From: Owenia fusiformis
Taxonomy: Eukaryota
Assembly: GCA_903813345.2 (NCBI GenBank)
Contig: CAIIXF020000001.1
Span: forward strand, 18,972,001 to 19,036,000
Direction: 5' to 3'
Length of the DNA stretch: 64,000 bases
Of this stretch, positions 62,484-64,000 are shown in pieces. Under the pieces are notes generated by a model. That model searched no databases. It was not told where the DNA came from and worked only from the letters and a program-made list of their open reading frames with translations. Position numbers and translations under genes: made by a program. Each line of letters starts with the position of its first letter. The stretch's first letter is position 1.

Positions 62484-64000
62484 TCTATGCTGTGCCCCAC
62501 TCTCTGCCCCAATACAAAGTATTCACACCGTGGCAAACAGTAAGCCCACGCAGGCTCAGTGTGACAGCTCTATAAGATGAGTTTTTCAAATAAATCAATA
62601 ATATATAGAATAAGTAATGAATAAAAACAAGGAGCACACAGATCTCAAACTCACAACCTTGTGGTTACAGCACCCATATGCCAAGCTCAAACGTGCTGGT
62701 GCCCAAGCGCTCTCGGCCAACTCAACAGCCCCCCAAAAAGTTGTTTTGTTAGTTGATCTAACTAGAGACAGCGGATGTTAACGCTCAAACATACGGGAGG
62801 AAGCATAATGTACATTTTCTACATGCACAACTGTCCTTAGAGCATTATGTTTGGTTGTGTGTGTTTTTTCTCAGCATTCAATTCTACCCATATAAGGTGA
62901 AACTAAATAAAGTTGGTTGTATGTGTGTGAGATAACTATGAATCGCATTATGAAAACACCGACCTAATAATCCCATTAGTTTGTACTACTGAGTCTACCT
63001 TAAGCCTGAATTGACCACAAGACAGAATATTAATAGAAATTACATGAATTGCATAAATTGTATATCCCTAATACATTTTTATATTCTATCCCCATTTGGA
63101 ACCAATTACCTTTCATCATAAATATATATAAATAGAAGAAATTGCAACTAATATCAGACACTCCAAGTGCCACAATATCACTTTTATCACGTTTTTTCTA
63201 TAAATTTTTAATTTTGGTAATCGAGAATCAGGGTAAAAATTCAAAAAAACATGTATAAATGGCAAGAAACACTTTCAAATTCATTCTGAAAAAAAACAAA
63301 ATATTTTCGCTTACCTCATACCTAGATTACACTTCTTTGCAAATGAAAAGTATTCATAGCAGACCTGGGATTTCAAGTAGATAATTTAAACAGTTTTTTT
63401 AACAATTATTGCATGTGTGTTCCTGACTTTTTGGACAGTGACTCATGAAGACCTGCTTATGGAGTGTCAAGATTTCGATGGATTTTTAAGAGTCAAGATA
63501 CGTACTAGTGTTCACTTGGAGTGTCTGTAATATTCGGCAGGAGAATTCAACAATAGTTGATGTATATTACAAACAATAGGACTAAGGAGAGCTACATGTT
63601 AATAATTGCCTAGATTAAATTGCATTCATTTTTTATGGCCTAAGTCTGAGACATAAAAATAATTGATGTTCTTAACAATTTTGTTATGCAAGTACTCTCT
63701 CTCTAGTCTCGATTCTAACCAAGCCACAAACTTAGGCCGATTAAGTTCTGTGTATCAATATTTTAAACCCCTGTGAGTTATATCAAAATCAGTGAAGTTA
63801 TATAAATCTGCTGGGCCAAATTACAAATTTTTTTTTGGACTGCCTTGTTAATTTCCAAGTTTGCCCCTGTATACTCTATAGTGCTGCTATTGTCCAAATA
63901 TGCTTCAAGCCATTAACAGGCAAAATGCCACTACTTGCCATTTGTTACAGATGCTGAACTTCAAACACCAAACTCTGAATACCAACCACTGAACACCATC

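Noticed and set aside
62635-62735. Possible tRNA-derived SINE head on the minus strand (similar hint near 41650)
   Set aside because: The A/B boxes are too degenerate and there is no cloverleaf, so it cannot be supported without a search.
63310-63500. Possible upstream non-coding CAMTA exon (GAG|GTAAGC donor at 63314)
   Set aside because: Only a donor-like motif is present, with no independent support for an exon or promoter.

Overview
AT-rich animal genomic DNA. The repeat types and gene content suggest an invertebrate, probably a lophotrochozoan (inference only). Almost the whole window is one minus-strand CAMTA (calmodulin-binding transcription activator) gene. I reconstructed 20 coding exons by hand, all GT-AG and phase-consistent, from 62073 down to 3717 (about 1416 aa): CG-1 domain, low-complexity region, TIG/IPT domain, ankyrin repeats and IQ motifs. 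Its introns hold four host genes with intronless CDSs: a Toll-like receptor (same strand), a nucleotide-diphospho-sugar transferase with an 18-aa repeat stem, and two tandem collagen/C-type lectin (collectin-like) genes (opposite strand). The introns also hold an apparently intact 7.07-kb Sola2-type DNA transposon with a spliced transposase of about 884 aa, and many non-autonomous elements (Tc1/mariner, hAT, MULE, Kolobok, EnSpm-like, CAC-ended 5-bp-TSD, Helentron/HINE-like), one set nested three deep. The most notable signals are the nested immune/glyco gene cluster, a candidate frame-switching 31-nt microexon near the CAMTA 3' end, a tandemly duplicated in-frame splice acceptor, and a furin-site insertion in the TLR ectodomain. 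All calls come from manual reading; no searches were run.
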